From an uncultured Poribacteria bacterium (GTDB taxonomy: Bacteria > Poribacteria > WGA-4E > WGA-3G), in NCBI GenBank assembly GCA_958296135.2, contig CATQHZ020000001.1:1-64000 (forward strand): a stretch of 64,000 bases of DNA, read 5' to 3'. Positions within the stretch are counted from its first letter, which is position 1, and each line of letters opens with the position of its first letter. Made by a program: the position numbers and the translations under genes. The notes under the pieces are model-generated. The model worked only from the letters and a program-made list of their open reading frames with translations, ran no database searches and had not been told where the DNA came from. This document shows positions 13,384 through 22,833 of the stretch, piece after piece.

Positions 13384-14739
13384 TTACCGAAGTTGGACGC
13401 GCAGCACCTCAATGATTTGTTTCAGTTCTGTCTCTGTCTGGAGTGCCTTCTCCATCTGCCGACAAGCGTTCATCACGGTGGTATGGTTGCCTCGCCGAAA
13501 CGCCTCGGCGATGCTGGTGAGTGATAGCGGTGTCAATTCGCGACACAGATACATCGCCGTTTGGCGCGCCAGGACGATGGATTTGGTGCGCTTCGGCGAA
13601 ATCAAATCGGTGAGGGTGATGCCAAAGTATTCCGCCACCACTTTTTGAATCCCCTCGGCGGTGAGGGTTTTCTGCTGCGGGAAGAGTGGTGCGGCGACGA
13701 CTACATCGTTCAACACCTGCCGCGCGAAGGCGAGGCTCACCTCCTCTTTCATAATCGTCGCCTGAGCAACAAGCCGAATCAGCGTGCCTTCCAATTCGCG
13801 GATGTTCGTGGTGACAACCTCGGCGACGTAACTCAGCACGTCATCGTCAATGTTGTCTAACCCCTGGTCTTGGCATTTCTGGAGGAGAATGGCGACGCGC
13901 ATCTCATATTGCGGCCGGTCTATCTCCGCCACCATCCCCCATCCGAAGCGCGATTTGAGGCGTTCTTCAAGCGTCTCTAGCGTGTCCGGCGGCCGGTCAC
14001 TGCTCATAACAATCTGGTTGGAGTTCATGTGCAGCTCGTTGAAGGTGTTAAAGAACTCCTCTTGTGTACCCTCTTTCCGTTGTAAGAACTGAATATCATC
14101 GATGAGGAGCATATCGACAGTGCGGTATTTAGTGCGGAAGCCCTGTGCAGCAGTGCGGTTGACAATGGACTCGACGTATTCGTTCATGAACGTCTCGGAG
14201 GTGACATACAGCACCTTCTTCTCCGGGCGGCGGTGGGAGAAGCGATTGCCGATGGCGTGGAGCAGGTGCGTCTTGCCGAGGCCGACACCGCCGTAGATGA
14301 AGAGCGGATTATATTCGCCCCCGGGGTTCTCGGAGACAGCAAGAGCCGTGGCGTGACAGACGCGGTTGCTGGAGCCAACGACGAACCGGTCGAAGACATA
14401 GTTGGGGTTCAACCCTGTTTCGCCGTGTGGGAGTTGCACGGCAGGCTCGGTTTCGGGGTGTTCCGGCGCAACAGCGGCGGCAGCGGAAACCTCGGTAACT
14501 GTCAAGGCGAGGGACACCGCGGCGGTGCCAAAGCGGGCGGCTAACGCACGCTCGATATCGCCGCGAAACCGCTCCTCAATCCGAGCCTGGGCGAACGCGG
14601 AAGGCACGGCGAGTGTCAAGGTATCCGCCGTGAGGGAGAGAGGTGTCGCTTGCCGCAGATAGACATCCTGCCGAGCTGTCTCGTCCAAAGCTGCAAGTAT
14701 TTCTAACCAGAGTTCATCAAGGTTTTGCCGCATGAGCAT
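13384..14739 (-). CDS. dnaA: Chromosomal replication initiator DnaA
   Basis: YNPLFIYGGVGLGKTHL, LLIDDIQF, QEEFFNTFN, NIRELEG, HTTV. Confidence 0.98.
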   Translation of the reverse strand: MLMRQNLDELWLEILAALDETARQDVYLRQATPLSLTADTLTLAVPSAFAQARIEERFRGDIERALAARFGTAAVSLALTVTEVSAAAAVAPEHPETEPAVQLPHGETGLNPNYVFDRFVVGSSNRVCHATALAVSENPGGEYNPLFIYGGVGLGKTHLLHAIGNRFSHRRPEKKVLYVTSETFMNEYVESIVNRTAAQGFRTKYRTVDMLLIDDIQFLQRKEGTQEEFFNTFNELHMNSNQIVMSSDRPPDTLETLEERLKSRFGWGMVAEIDRPQYEMRVAILLQKCQDQGLDNIDDDVLSYVAEVVTTNIRELEGTLIRLVAQATIMKEEVSLAFARQVLNDVVVAAPLFPQQKTLTAEGIQKVVAEYFGITLTDLISPKRTKSIVLARQTAMYLCRELTPLSLTSIAEAFRRGNHTTVMNACRQMEKALQTETELKQIIEVLRVQLR

Positions 14740-14797
14740 TTATCCTAAGTGCTGAAGATAACAACGAAGCTGAGCTGCTAATTATGCATGACGTTTA

Positions 14798-14826
14798 ATT
14801 ATATCATTTTTTTCACAAAATAGCAA
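14798..14826 (-). promoter_or_regulatory. Sigma70-type promoter for dnaA
   Basis: TTGCTA-17-TATAAT on the minus strand. Confidence 0.65.
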
Positions 14827-14923
14827 CTTAAATTGATGAAAATTTTCCACTTCTCTATTTTTCATGAAAACGGCTATTTTGTCAAGCAGATAAATTGTCG
14901 GAACAGGACAATGCATAAAAAAT

Positions 14924-14952
14924 TTGACAAATAGCAAAAAATACGGTATAAT
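14924..14952 (+). promoter_or_regulatory. Sigma70-type promoter for rpmH
   Basis: TTGACA-17-TATAAT. Confidence 0.8.
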
Positions 14953-15004
14953 TTCTTACAGAATTTATCGAATGAACACTCACATCGAGAAAGGAATGTG
15001 ACTC

Positions 15005-15139
15005 ATGAAGCGAACCTATCAACCGCATCGGCGGAAACGGAAAAACAAACTCGGCTTCCGCAAACGCATGTCCACCCGCTATGGCCGGAAAACTATCGCT
15101 CGCCGCCGCGCGAAAGGCCGCAAAGTGCTCAGTGCCTAG
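15005..15139 (+). CDS. rpmH: 50S ribosomal protein L34 (not in the ORF track)
   Basis: Hand translation [44 protein letters not shown]; divergent from dnaA. Confidence 0.97.
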   Translation: MKRTYQPHRRKRKNKLGFRKRMSTRYGRKTIARRRAKGRKVLSA

Positions 15140-15175
15140 CGAAGCCAGCACCCCACAGAAGAGGAGGAAGACTCA

Positions 15176-16591
15176 ATGTCCTGCCGCCCCAACATCGTCT
15201 ATTTACTAGTAGACCAGGTTCGTGCCAGTGCCTTGCCTGTCTATGGCGAAACGCAAATCGAAACGCCGCACATAGATAGGCTCGCCGAACAGGGCACCGT
15301 CTTCTCAAACGCCATTGCCACCGCGCCGGTCTGCACGCCTTATCGTTCCATGCTGCTCACCGGCCGCCACCCACAGACGACTGGGCATCTCATCAATTTC
15401 GTCAAAACCCGACACGATGAGATAGGCCTCGGCGACGTATTCAGCCGTAACGGCTACCGCACGGCGTGGATTGGCAAGTGGCACCTCCACACCGGTTCGT
15501 TCCCCGAAATCGGCGGACGGGATTACGTGCCCGAGGGGCGCGACCGGCTCGGATTCCAGCACTGGCGCGGCTACAATTTCCATACCGATTACTATAACGG
15601 CACGGTGAACCTGGATGGCTGGCGGAACGAACGATGGGAGGGTTACGAGACAGACGCGCTCAACCGATACGCATGCCAGTTTATGGACAGCGTTGACGAC
15701 ACCACCCCCTTTTGCTTATTTATCTCGCCGCATCAGGCGCACTTCACGCCGTATGACTTTGCACCGCAGGCGTTCTACGACAGACTGCCCGATGAACTCC
15801 ACCTTCCTGCGAACGTTCCGGATGCACTTCGGGAGGAATCGGCGCAACTCTATCGGCATTACCTCGCCATGACGTTGGCTATCGATGACATGCTCGGCGA
15901 ACTCATGGCGTATCTGGCGCGGATAGGGCGCGTGGAGAATACGTTGCTCGTTTTCGGGGCAGACCACGGCACACAGGGCGGCGCGCAGGGCCTCCCTTTC
16001 TGGGCGAAGAAGCAGCCTTATGAGGAGTCTATCAAGGTGCCGCTTATCATGCGGTTGCCCGGCGTGTTTGAGGGCGGCAGGACATGTGAGACGCTTACCT
16101 CTCCCGTAGATTTGTTTCCATCGCTGTGCGGCTTGTGCGGCATTCAGCCACCGCGCACCGTCGAAGGGTACGATGTGTCTGCATCGTGGCGCAGGGAACC
16201 GGGGGCACTTGAGCAGGATGCTGTCTTGACAATGAATTTCGGCGCAACCTACGATTATCTCGTGGATGGCGACGAATGGCGCGGCGTGCGCACGAAAACG
16301 CACAGTTATGCACGGTGGCTTGATGGAAAACGGGTGCTGTATGATGTCGCCGCAGATCCGCTGCAACTGACGAATCTGATAGGACACCCTGAAGCACAGC
16401 CGTTAGCCGACGAACTGGAAGAGACGCTCGCCCAATTGATGGCAGCCCGAAACGACACGTTGCAACCGGCAACGCAGTACACCGATTGGTTCGACGCGCA
16501 ACGGCGCATCGTGCGGAATGCACACGGCCCCCTCGCAAACCCGGAGGATGAACCCAACTGGTCGCGGTTGAAAAACAACACAATAGGATAA
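15176..16591 (+). CDS. Cys-type sulfatase
   Basis: RPNIV..LVDQ, CTPYR (CxPxR), LLTGR, GKWHL, DHG; GAGGAGG RBS. Confidence 0.93.
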   Translation: MSCRPNIVYLLVDQVRASALPVYGETQIETPHIDRLAEQGTVFSNAIATAPVCTPYRSMLLTGRHPQTTGHLINFVKTRHDEIGLGDVFSRNGYRTAWIGKWHLHTGSFPEIGGRDYVPEGRDRLGFQHWRGYNFHTDYYNGTVNLDGWRNERWEGYETDALNRYACQFMDSVDDTTPFCLFISPHQAHFTPYDFAPQAFYDRLPDELHLPANVPDALREESAQLYRHYLAMTLAIDDMLGELMAYLARIGRVENTLLVFGADHGTQGGAQGLPFWAKKQPYEESIKVPLIMRLPGVFEGGRTCETLTSPVDLFPSLCGLCGIQPPRTVEGYDVSASWRREPGALEQDAVLTMNFGATYDYLVDGDEWRGVRTKTHSYARWLDGKRVLYDVAADPLQLTNLIGHPEAQPLADELEETLAQLMAARNDTLQPATQYTDWFDAQRRIVRNAHGPLANPEDEPNWSRLKNNTIG

Positions 16592-16693
16592 ACGCAGTCT
16601 CTGCACCGTAGGCGCGCGTCGGAAGCGCGCCATTATCGCCCCATCTTGACCCAAAGTGCCTATGGTGACGCCTTAACGCTGATTGAACACCTT

Positions 16694-16783
16694 TGCCGAT
16701 TTTGGCGTAGGCAGGTTTGCGAAAGCCAAACCTGCCGAAGATGTGTCATTCGGCTTTGCGAATGACACTGCGCCAAAATCGGA
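16694..16783 (+). mobile_element. T-shaped miniature element, copy T4
   Basis: tg-ccgattttggcgta / ggcaggtttg-cgaaagc-caaacctgcc / GAAGAT / gtgtcattcg-gctttg-cgaatgacac / tgcgccaaaatcgg-a. Confidence 0.75.
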
Positions 16784-16796
16784 GTGACAAACGAAA

Positions 16797-18026
16797 ATGC
16801 CGAGAACGTTTAAGCTACCTCATTTTTATCAGAGTCCCGTGATTTCGGTTGTCAAACAGGCGCGTCGGCATCGCGATGCGCGCAAGCGCGACTTGTCGCC
16901 GTCTGTGCTAGACTTCGGACCGGTGCGGTTTAAAATCGCCCGGCACTTCGGATTCTGTTACGGCGTGGAGAATGCAGTGGAGATAGCCTATCAGGCACTC
17001 GAAGAGAATCCCGACAAACGGATTTTCCTGCTCTCCGAAATCATCCATAACCCGCGCGTCAACGAGAATTTGCGGCACCGCGGCGTGCAATTCTTGTCCG
17101 ATACCGAGGGCAAACCGTTACTCCCCTTTGATGTCTTAACGCCGGCAGATGTCGTCATCGTCCCTGCGTTTGGGACAACGCTGGAAGTGGAGGCGGCACT
17201 CCACGCGCGCGGCGTGAAACTCTCCGCTTACAACACTACCTGTCCGTTTGTCGAGAAGGTTTGGAAGCGCAGCCAAGAAATCGGCAGGCAGGACTACACC
17301 GTCGTTGTCCACGGCAAGCGGTATCATGAGGAGACGCGCGCCACCTTTTCGCATGCACAAGCCGAGGCACCGGTTGTCGTCGTGCGCAATTTGGCAGAGG
17401 CGGCGATGCTCGCAAAGGTGATTCGTGGGGAGGCCGACGAACGCTTTTTCTTTCAAAACTTCGCCGACCGGTATTCGCTGGGCTTCCATCCGGATGTCCA
17501 TCTGAAGCGCATCGGCGTTGTGAATCAGACGACGATGCTCGCCACGGAGACACAGGCCATCGCCGATTTGCTACGCGATGCCATTATGGCGCGATACGGT
17601 GAAGAGAACCTCACGGAACACTTTGCGGATACCAAGGACACCCTCTGCTACGCCACGAAAGAGAATCAGGACGCAACGCTCGCGCTGATTGCAGAAGGCG
17701 GCGATGTGGCTGTGGTTGTCGGCGGCTATAATTCTTCCAATACGAGTCATCTTGTCGAACTCTGCACCGAGCGGCTCCCTACTTATTTTATCCGAGATGC
17801 GTCGGAGTTGCTGAGTCCGAGGCGCATCCGGCATCTGGTGCTGGAGACGAAGCAGGTACAGGTGACAGAGGCGTGGTTGCCGTCGGGTGAGCCGATAGAC
17901 GTTGTGCTGACAGCGGGTGCCTCTTGTCCGGATGTGCTGTTGGATGAGGTGCTGCGGAAGATTGTGGGTTGGTTTCCGAACGCGCGCGCGATTGAAACGG
18001 TGCTTGCGCCTTATCAGGAAAGGTGA
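16797..18026 (+). CDS. ispH: 4-hydroxy-3-methylbut-2-enyl diphosphate reductase
   Basis: FGFCYGV, IIHNP, TTCPFV, NQTT, TLCYAT.ENQ, SSNT, TAGASCP. Confidence 0.95.
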   Translation: MPRTFKLPHFYQSPVISVVKQARRHRDARKRDLSPSVLDFGPVRFKIARHFGFCYGVENAVEIAYQALEENPDKRIFLLSEIIHNPRVNENLRHRGVQFLSDTEGKPLLPFDVLTPADVVIVPAFGTTLEVEAALHARGVKLSAYNTTCPFVEKVWKRSQEIGRQDYTVVVHGKRYHEETRATFSHAQAEAPVVVVRNLAEAAMLAKVIRGEADERFFFQNFADRYSLGFHPDVHLKRIGVVNQTTMLATETQAIADLLRDAIMARYGEENLTEHFADTKDTLCYATKENQDATLALIAEGGDVAVVVGGYNSSNTSHLVELCTERLPTYFIRDASELLSPRRIRHLVLETKQVQVTEAWLPSGEPIDVVLTAGASCPDVLLDEVLRKIVGWFPNARAIETVLAPYQER

Positions 18027-18107
18027 TGCAGGGCGAGGGAAACCCTCGGCAGTTAGTGACTGCCGGGCCCCCGCGCTACAGTGATGGGCGTGTGAGAGAT
18101 AAAAAAC

Positions 18108-18941
18108 ATGAAAAACACTGTCATCCTTTGGTTATGCCTCTCGCTCTGCATACCGCCACCACTCGGTGGCGATACCGCTACACCCGCGCCTACCGAAATG
18201 GTGCTTATTCCTGCAAGGGAGTTCCTGATGGGTAGCAACGACACGGATGCAGACGCGGACGAGAAACCGGCGCATGCTGTCTACGTGGATGCCTTTGAAA
18301 TCGATGTGTTTGAGGTAACAAATGCGCAGTTCAAGGCGTTTGTCGATGCGAACCCGCAGTGGCAGAAAGGCAACATCCCGGAGGCGTTCCATCGGGGCTC
18401 CTATCTGAGCCACTGGGATGGGAATACCTACCCTACCGGCAGGGGAGATCATCCTGTTGTTTATGTCAGTTGGTATGCGGCGATGGCGTATGCGCAGTGG
18501 GTGGGCAAGCGGCTCCCGACAGAGGCGGAATGGGAGAAGGCTGCGCGCGGCGGGCTCACCGCGAAAAAATACCCGTGGGGCGATACAATTGATTCAAGCA
18601 ACGCGAACTACGACAAAGGACGCGCCGGCACGGCCCCCATTGGCGAGTATCCGCCGAACGGATACGGCCTGTATGATATGGCGGGCAACGTTTCGGAGTG
18701 GTGCCTTGATGCCTACGATGCCGAATTCTATCACGTTTCACCGAGACAGAATCCGCTCGCTGGTGAGGAACTCGCGGCGGTTCTCACGCATTTCGCCGAG
18801 GCGAAGACTCCTCGTGTGTTGCGAGGAGGCGGCTGGCTCAATGTCGCGACGCGCCTCCGCGTTGCAGTTCGCGACCGGCCGTTGCCCACTTACGCCCTGA
18901 ATTTCATTGGGTTTCGCTGTGTAAGAGGGGTTACGCCTTGA
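18108..18941 (+). CDS. Secreted FGE-sulfatase (SUMF1-like) domain protein, probably non-catalytic
   Basis: EVTNAQF, HPVVYVSW, RLPTEAEWEKAARGG, NGYGLYDMAGNVSEW, GFRC; no catalytic Cys pair. Confidence 0.9.
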   Translation: MKNTVILWLCLSLCIPPPLGGDTATPAPTEMVLIPAREFLMGSNDTDADADEKPAHAVYVDAFEIDVFEVTNAQFKAFVDANPQWQKGNIPEAFHRGSYLSHWDGNTYPTGRGDHPVVYVSWYAAMAYAQWVGKRLPTEAEWEKAARGGLTAKKYPWGDTIDSSNANYDKGRAGTAPIGEYPPNGYGLYDMAGNVSEWCLDAYDAEFYHVSPRQNPLAGEELAAVLTHFAEAKTPRVLRGGGWLNVATRLRVAVRDRPLPTYALNFIGFRCVRGVTP

Positions 18942-19007
18942 GCACTACCGTGCTTTCAAGAACGTTTTCAACAGGCTTGCGCGAGAAAGGGAGCTGTTAG
19001 GTTCGCT

Positions 19008-19138
19008 CGGCCCCTTTGAACCGTAGCGCGAGGGCCGTTACGCCGAAACTTTGTCATCTCTGCAGCCTCGCTGCAGAGATGTCCACTGTCCCTCGCGAAG
19101 CCCCGCGCAAGGAAAAAACGGCCCCCTTCACGGTCGAA
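19008..19138 (+). repeat. Composite GTAG-REP-like element with a nested hairpin
   Basis: Near-identical reverse-complement copy at ~25937-26068; partial copies in hisC and at ~55485. Confidence 0.85.
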
Positions 19139-19231
19139 CGATTTTGCGTGCAAGGCGTAATTGTTTCTCAGGGTGGTAAATCCAAATTGATGTCCCTTCG
19201 GGGGATATCACAACCGAGAGGCATTCTGACG

Positions 19232-20014
19232 ATGTGGCGCACTTTGTTTAGCAACAGACTTGTCTTCGTCGGCATCCTTTTCTGTCTGTTGAGTATCGCG
19301 GGGAGTCTGTTTTATAGCTGGCATGTTGAACGCGGTCTCCGTGAAGATGAGGCGCGCACCAAGCAGTTCCTCCAGCAGCTAGAGACTCCCGCTGAAGAAG
19401 TTCGCGCGCAACAGGTCGCCGGGCCGGCCGGTCCCGAAAAGGCAGGCCAAGCGGATGTCCCGTTTCCTGCTGGCGACTTGGCTCAAACGGCTGATGAAAC
19501 TGCGGAGACGCTAGTGAGCGAGGATGCAGCACTCGTTGATGCAGACGCTGCACTGTTTTCAGAAGGAACGCCAGGCACTGATGCATCACCTGTTTCGCCT
19601 TATGGTGTCTCACCTTATGGGTTTGGGCCCTATCCAGAAGTACCTCCCGACTTCCCTGAACAGGATGTTTGGGATGAAATTAGCACAAGTTCAATGGGGC
19701 CGGAACATGAACTGATAGCGAGAGTCCAAATCAAACTGTGGACTCAGGGTATTTGGGCGGGCGGCGCAGTCTTTAAGAGCGGTTACGGGCTGATTTATCC
19801 TATCCTCCCCGATGTGGTTTATATTTCATGGGATGAGTATGTGGATGAAAATGGCACCGTTCACCGCTATGTTTCACGACAGTTAACGCACCCGGAAACC
19901 GCGGACCGGTACGAGGCGGACATTGATAAAGGCATCTTTGCGCCGACTTTAACCGTTTATGAGTTTCCCGATGGGGGGATTGACCCCTATGAATTTCTCG
20001 GGCTGCCGAGATAA
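19232..20014 (+). CDS. Membrane-anchored hypothetical protein (VSPYGFGPYPEVPPDFP motif)
   Basis: N-terminal TM helix, acidic linker, aromatic C-terminal domain; the upstream ORF extension is repeat DNA. Confidence 0.7.
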   Translation: MWRTLFSNRLVFVGILFCLLSIAGSLFYSWHVERGLREDEARTKQFLQQLETPAEEVRAQQVAGPAGPEKAGQADVPFPAGDLAQTADETAETLVSEDAALVDADAALFSEGTPGTDASPVSPYGVSPYGFGPYPEVPPDFPEQDVWDEISTSSMGPEHELIARVQIKLWTQGIWAGGAVFKSGYGLIYPILPDVVYISWDEYVDENGTVHRYVSRQLTHPETADRYEADIDKGIFAPTLTVYEFPDGGIDPYEFLGLPR

Positions 20015-20029
20015 TCATGAAATATGCGA

Positions 20030-20130
20030 GGCCCCTTCCTACCGTAGCGCGAGGGCCCGGCGATCGCGAATCGCCGAGGGTTCCCCTCGCGATCTCTCGA
20101 CCCACACAAAACGGCCCCTTTCACCGTACC
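20030..20130 (+). repeat. GTAG-REP-like element
   Basis: Matches 10804-10855 and 22610-22690. Confidence 0.85.
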
Positions 20131-20172
20131 GGTGCTTTTGATAGGTTTCCTCTTCACTTCATCCAAACGCGC

Positions 20173-21459
20173 CTACCCCGCAAGTGCCTTCAACAGCGCA
20201 TCCGTTTCCGATGGTTTCCCGACACTGATGCGGAGATGGTCTTGGAGTCCAGGCGTGTTGAAGTAACGAATGAGAATTCCTTGCCTCGCTAATTCTGCCT
20301 GCAGTTCCGCGGCATTTCTTCCTACTACCCGGCATAAGACGAAGTTCGCCTGACTGCGATAAGGCTCCAGAAAATCGGATGCCGCCAGTGCCGCCGCTAA
20401 ACGTTCCCGTTCCGCGACAATCTTCTGCACATTCTCCATCAGGTATTCGGTGTCTTCAAGCGATGCGAGTGCGGCTGTCGTGCCGGCGACGTTCACGTTG
20501 TAAGGCTGCTTGATTTTCAGCAGTTGCGCGCGAATCCACTTCGGAAAAATCCCGTAACCCACGCGTAACCCTGCCAGCCCTGCCCATTTACTGAACGTTC
20601 GGAGGACGATCAGGTTATCGTGTTCTGTCACCCAAGTTGCGCGCGAAGGGACGCGGGGGACAGTGGACATCTCTGCTGGAAAACCCGCAGAGATGACAGC
20701 GTTTCGGCGTGACGGCCCCCGCGCTACGGACGAAGGGAAGGTCTCCTGTCCTGCAAACTCAACATAAGCTTCATCAAGCACGACGATGAGGGGCAATGCG
20801 AGCAGGCTGCGTAAGTCTGCGTCTGGTAGGATGCTGCCATCGGGGTTGTTTGGGCTCGTCACGAAGAGCAGTTTCGGTGTGCCGGTAGGAGTGCCCGCCC
20901 GCGACGGCCCCTTTGAACCGTAGCGCGAGGGCCTGTCCCTCGCGAAGCCCCGCGCAAGGAAAAAACCGCCCCCCTTCACGGTCGAGTCTACGGTGGGCAT
21001 GAGGTGTTTGATGTCCACCGAGAAATCCGGGTTGCGCGGCACAGTGATGACGGTGCCCCCGTTGAGTTCCGTATCAAACGGATACATGCCGAATGTCGGT
21101 GGGCAGTTGATAACCGCGTCGCCGGGCGTGATGAATAACCGCATCACCAGATCGATCAATTCGTCGGCACCGTGTCCGACGACGATGTGGGAGGCATCCA
21201 CGCCGGTATATCGGCTGAGTGCTTCACGGAGTGCGGTGCTCTCGGGGTCTGGGTAGATATGGTAATACGCTTCGGCGGCGAGGGCTTGGTAAATGCGCGG
21301 CGAGGGCCCATACGGATTCTCGTTTGCATCGAGTTTGATAATGTCCTCGGGCCGCCGGCCGAGGCGGCGGCTCAGGACATTGAACGGGACGATAGGCGTA
21401 TAGGGGGCCATCGCCGCGATTTCCGGTCTCATCAGGGAGCCTCGAAGAGTTTCTGTCAT
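20173..21459 (-). CDS. hisC: Histidinol-phosphate aminotransferase with two in-frame repeat inserts
   Basis: KLDANENPYG, YPDP, SPNNPDG, DEAYVEF, RTFSKWAGLAGLRVGY. Confidence 0.93.
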   Translation of the reverse strand: MTETLRGSLMRPEIAAMAPYTPIVPFNVLSRRLGRRPEDIIKLDANENPYGPSPRIYQALAAEAYYHIYPDPESTALREALSRYTGVDASHIVVGHGADELIDLVMRLFITPGDAVINCPPTFGMYPFDTELNGGTVITVPRNPDFSVDIKHLMPTVDSTVKGGGFFLARGFARDRPSRYGSKGPSRAGTPTGTPKLLFVTSPNNPDGSILPDADLRSLLALPLIVVLDEAYVEFAGQETFPSSVARGPSRRNAVISAGFPAEMSTVPRVPSRATWVTEHDNLIVLRTFSKWAGLAGLRVGYGIFPKWIRAQLLKIKQPYNVNVAGTTAALASLEDTEYLMENVQKIVAERERLAAALAASDFLEPYRSQANFVLCRVVGRNAAELQAELARQGILIRYFNTPGLQDHLRISVGKPSETDALLKALAG

Positions 21460-22538
21460 TGGTTTGGATGCTGCGACGTTCTCACCTCAGCGAGGCGCGG
21501 CGTTAATTCTCCCAGCGGCCGTTCGCCGTTCAGGACGCGCTCGAAATCATCAACAATCATATCCGCTACGCGCAGGTTGGAATCTATTGTCCTACCGGCG
21601 ATATGCGGCGTATGCACGACGTTATCCCTATTCCGCAGTAGATCATCGAGCGGCAGCGGTTCTTTGTCGTAGACATCAAATGCGCCGGCGAGTTCGTCTG
21701 CAACGATGCGTTCGCGTAGGGCATCCATGTCAACAGCGTGGGCGCGCGTAATCACCACGACTAACGCGCCTTTCCGCAGCCGATAGATGCGTTCGCGATT
21801 CAGCAGGTGCCGCGCGGAGGGTGTCGGCGGCACGGCGACGAAGACGATGTCGGCACCGTCCACGAGTTCGTCCATGTCGACGCGCCGGATATCCCATTCT
21901 TGCAGCAGCGTGTCGGAGACAAACGGGTCATAGCCCATCACGTCTGCGCCGAAGGCCCTGCACCACTGCGCAATCTTCCTGCCGATCTGGCCGAGGGCGA
22001 TAACGCCGATGCGTTTGGTGCCGAGATCACCGTTGACAAAATCCGGGTCATCGCAGAATTGATGTGCAACCGGGAGTTTGTCGGGCCCCCAGATCGGGTT
22101 CTCCCAGTCCCAGAGAGGTTCACCGGCGGCGAGTTGTTTATGCCACTGCGCCGTGCGGCGCAGGGAAGAGAGCGCGAGCCCGAAGGCGCATTCCGCCACC
22201 GATTGTGCCCAGGCGCGCGTCGATTCAATCACGGGAATGCCGCGCGCTTGCAGTGCTGCAAACGGGATGCCGTGGCCGGTGTTGTCCGTCATTGTGCCGA
22301 GCACTTTGAGGTTCGGTGCAGCGGCAATGCACGCTTCTGTCAGCGAGCCGCCGAAGTGCACGATGCCGATGGCTTCGTCTAGCGGCACCTGTTCGTGGAT
22401 AGGCGCGCTGCGATAAGTGGTGTTCAGCACGGTGGTTACGCCGAGGGCTTCCAGGCGTTTCACGGCTTGTTCGTGTAGAAACGGCCAGGAACGCTCGAGG
22501 TCTGGCGTTCGTGTAAAGAGAAATTGAGGTGTAGACAT
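21456..22538 (-). CDS. D-isomer-specific 2-hydroxyacid dehydrogenase
   Basis: SVAE, LGQIG, YDPF, TRA, DVYDKEP, TPHIAG; ATGA overlap with hisC. Confidence 0.88.
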   Translation of the reverse strand: MSTPQFLFTRTPDLERSWPFLHEQAVKRLEALGVTTVLNTTYRSAPIHEQVPLDEAIGIVHFGGSLTEACIAAAPNLKVLGTMTDNTGHGIPFAALQARGIPVIESTRAWAQSVAECAFGLALSSLRRTAQWHKQLAAGEPLWDWENPIWGPDKLPVAHQFCDDPDFVNGDLGTKRIGVIALGQIGRKIAQWCRAFGADVMGYDPFVSDTLLQEWDIRRVDMDELVDGADIVFVAVPPTPSARHLLNRERIYRLRKGALVVVITRAHAVDMDALRERIVADELAGAFDVYDKEPLPLDDLLRNRDNVVHTPHIAGRTIDSNLRVADMIVDDFERVLNGERPLGELTPRLAEVRTSQHPNQ

Positions 22539-22833
22539 TTTTGTATTTCCTCGCTAGTTAGCGGTGGTTTGGCTGCGTTTGTGCTAATAACTCCCGCTGA
22601 TGAGAGAGAGGCCCCTTCGTACCGTAGCGCGAGGTCTTGTGCCTCGCGATCTCTCGACCCACACAAAACGGCCCCTTTCACCGTAGCGCGTCGACTTAAC
22701 GTTGTCAAGTCTTGCATGTTTGAGTTCTTCCTGCATGGAGCCCGGCAGTCACTAACTGCCGAGGGTTGGCAGGAGGTAGGCGCGATTTGAAACCGCGACG
22801 CTTATAGGGTTGGCAAGGAAACCTGTTCATTGC

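Noticed and set aside
18108-18941. FGE-family gene as the maturase of the nearby sulfatase
   Set aside because: RGGGWLNVATRLR lacks the catalytic cysteines of true FGE.
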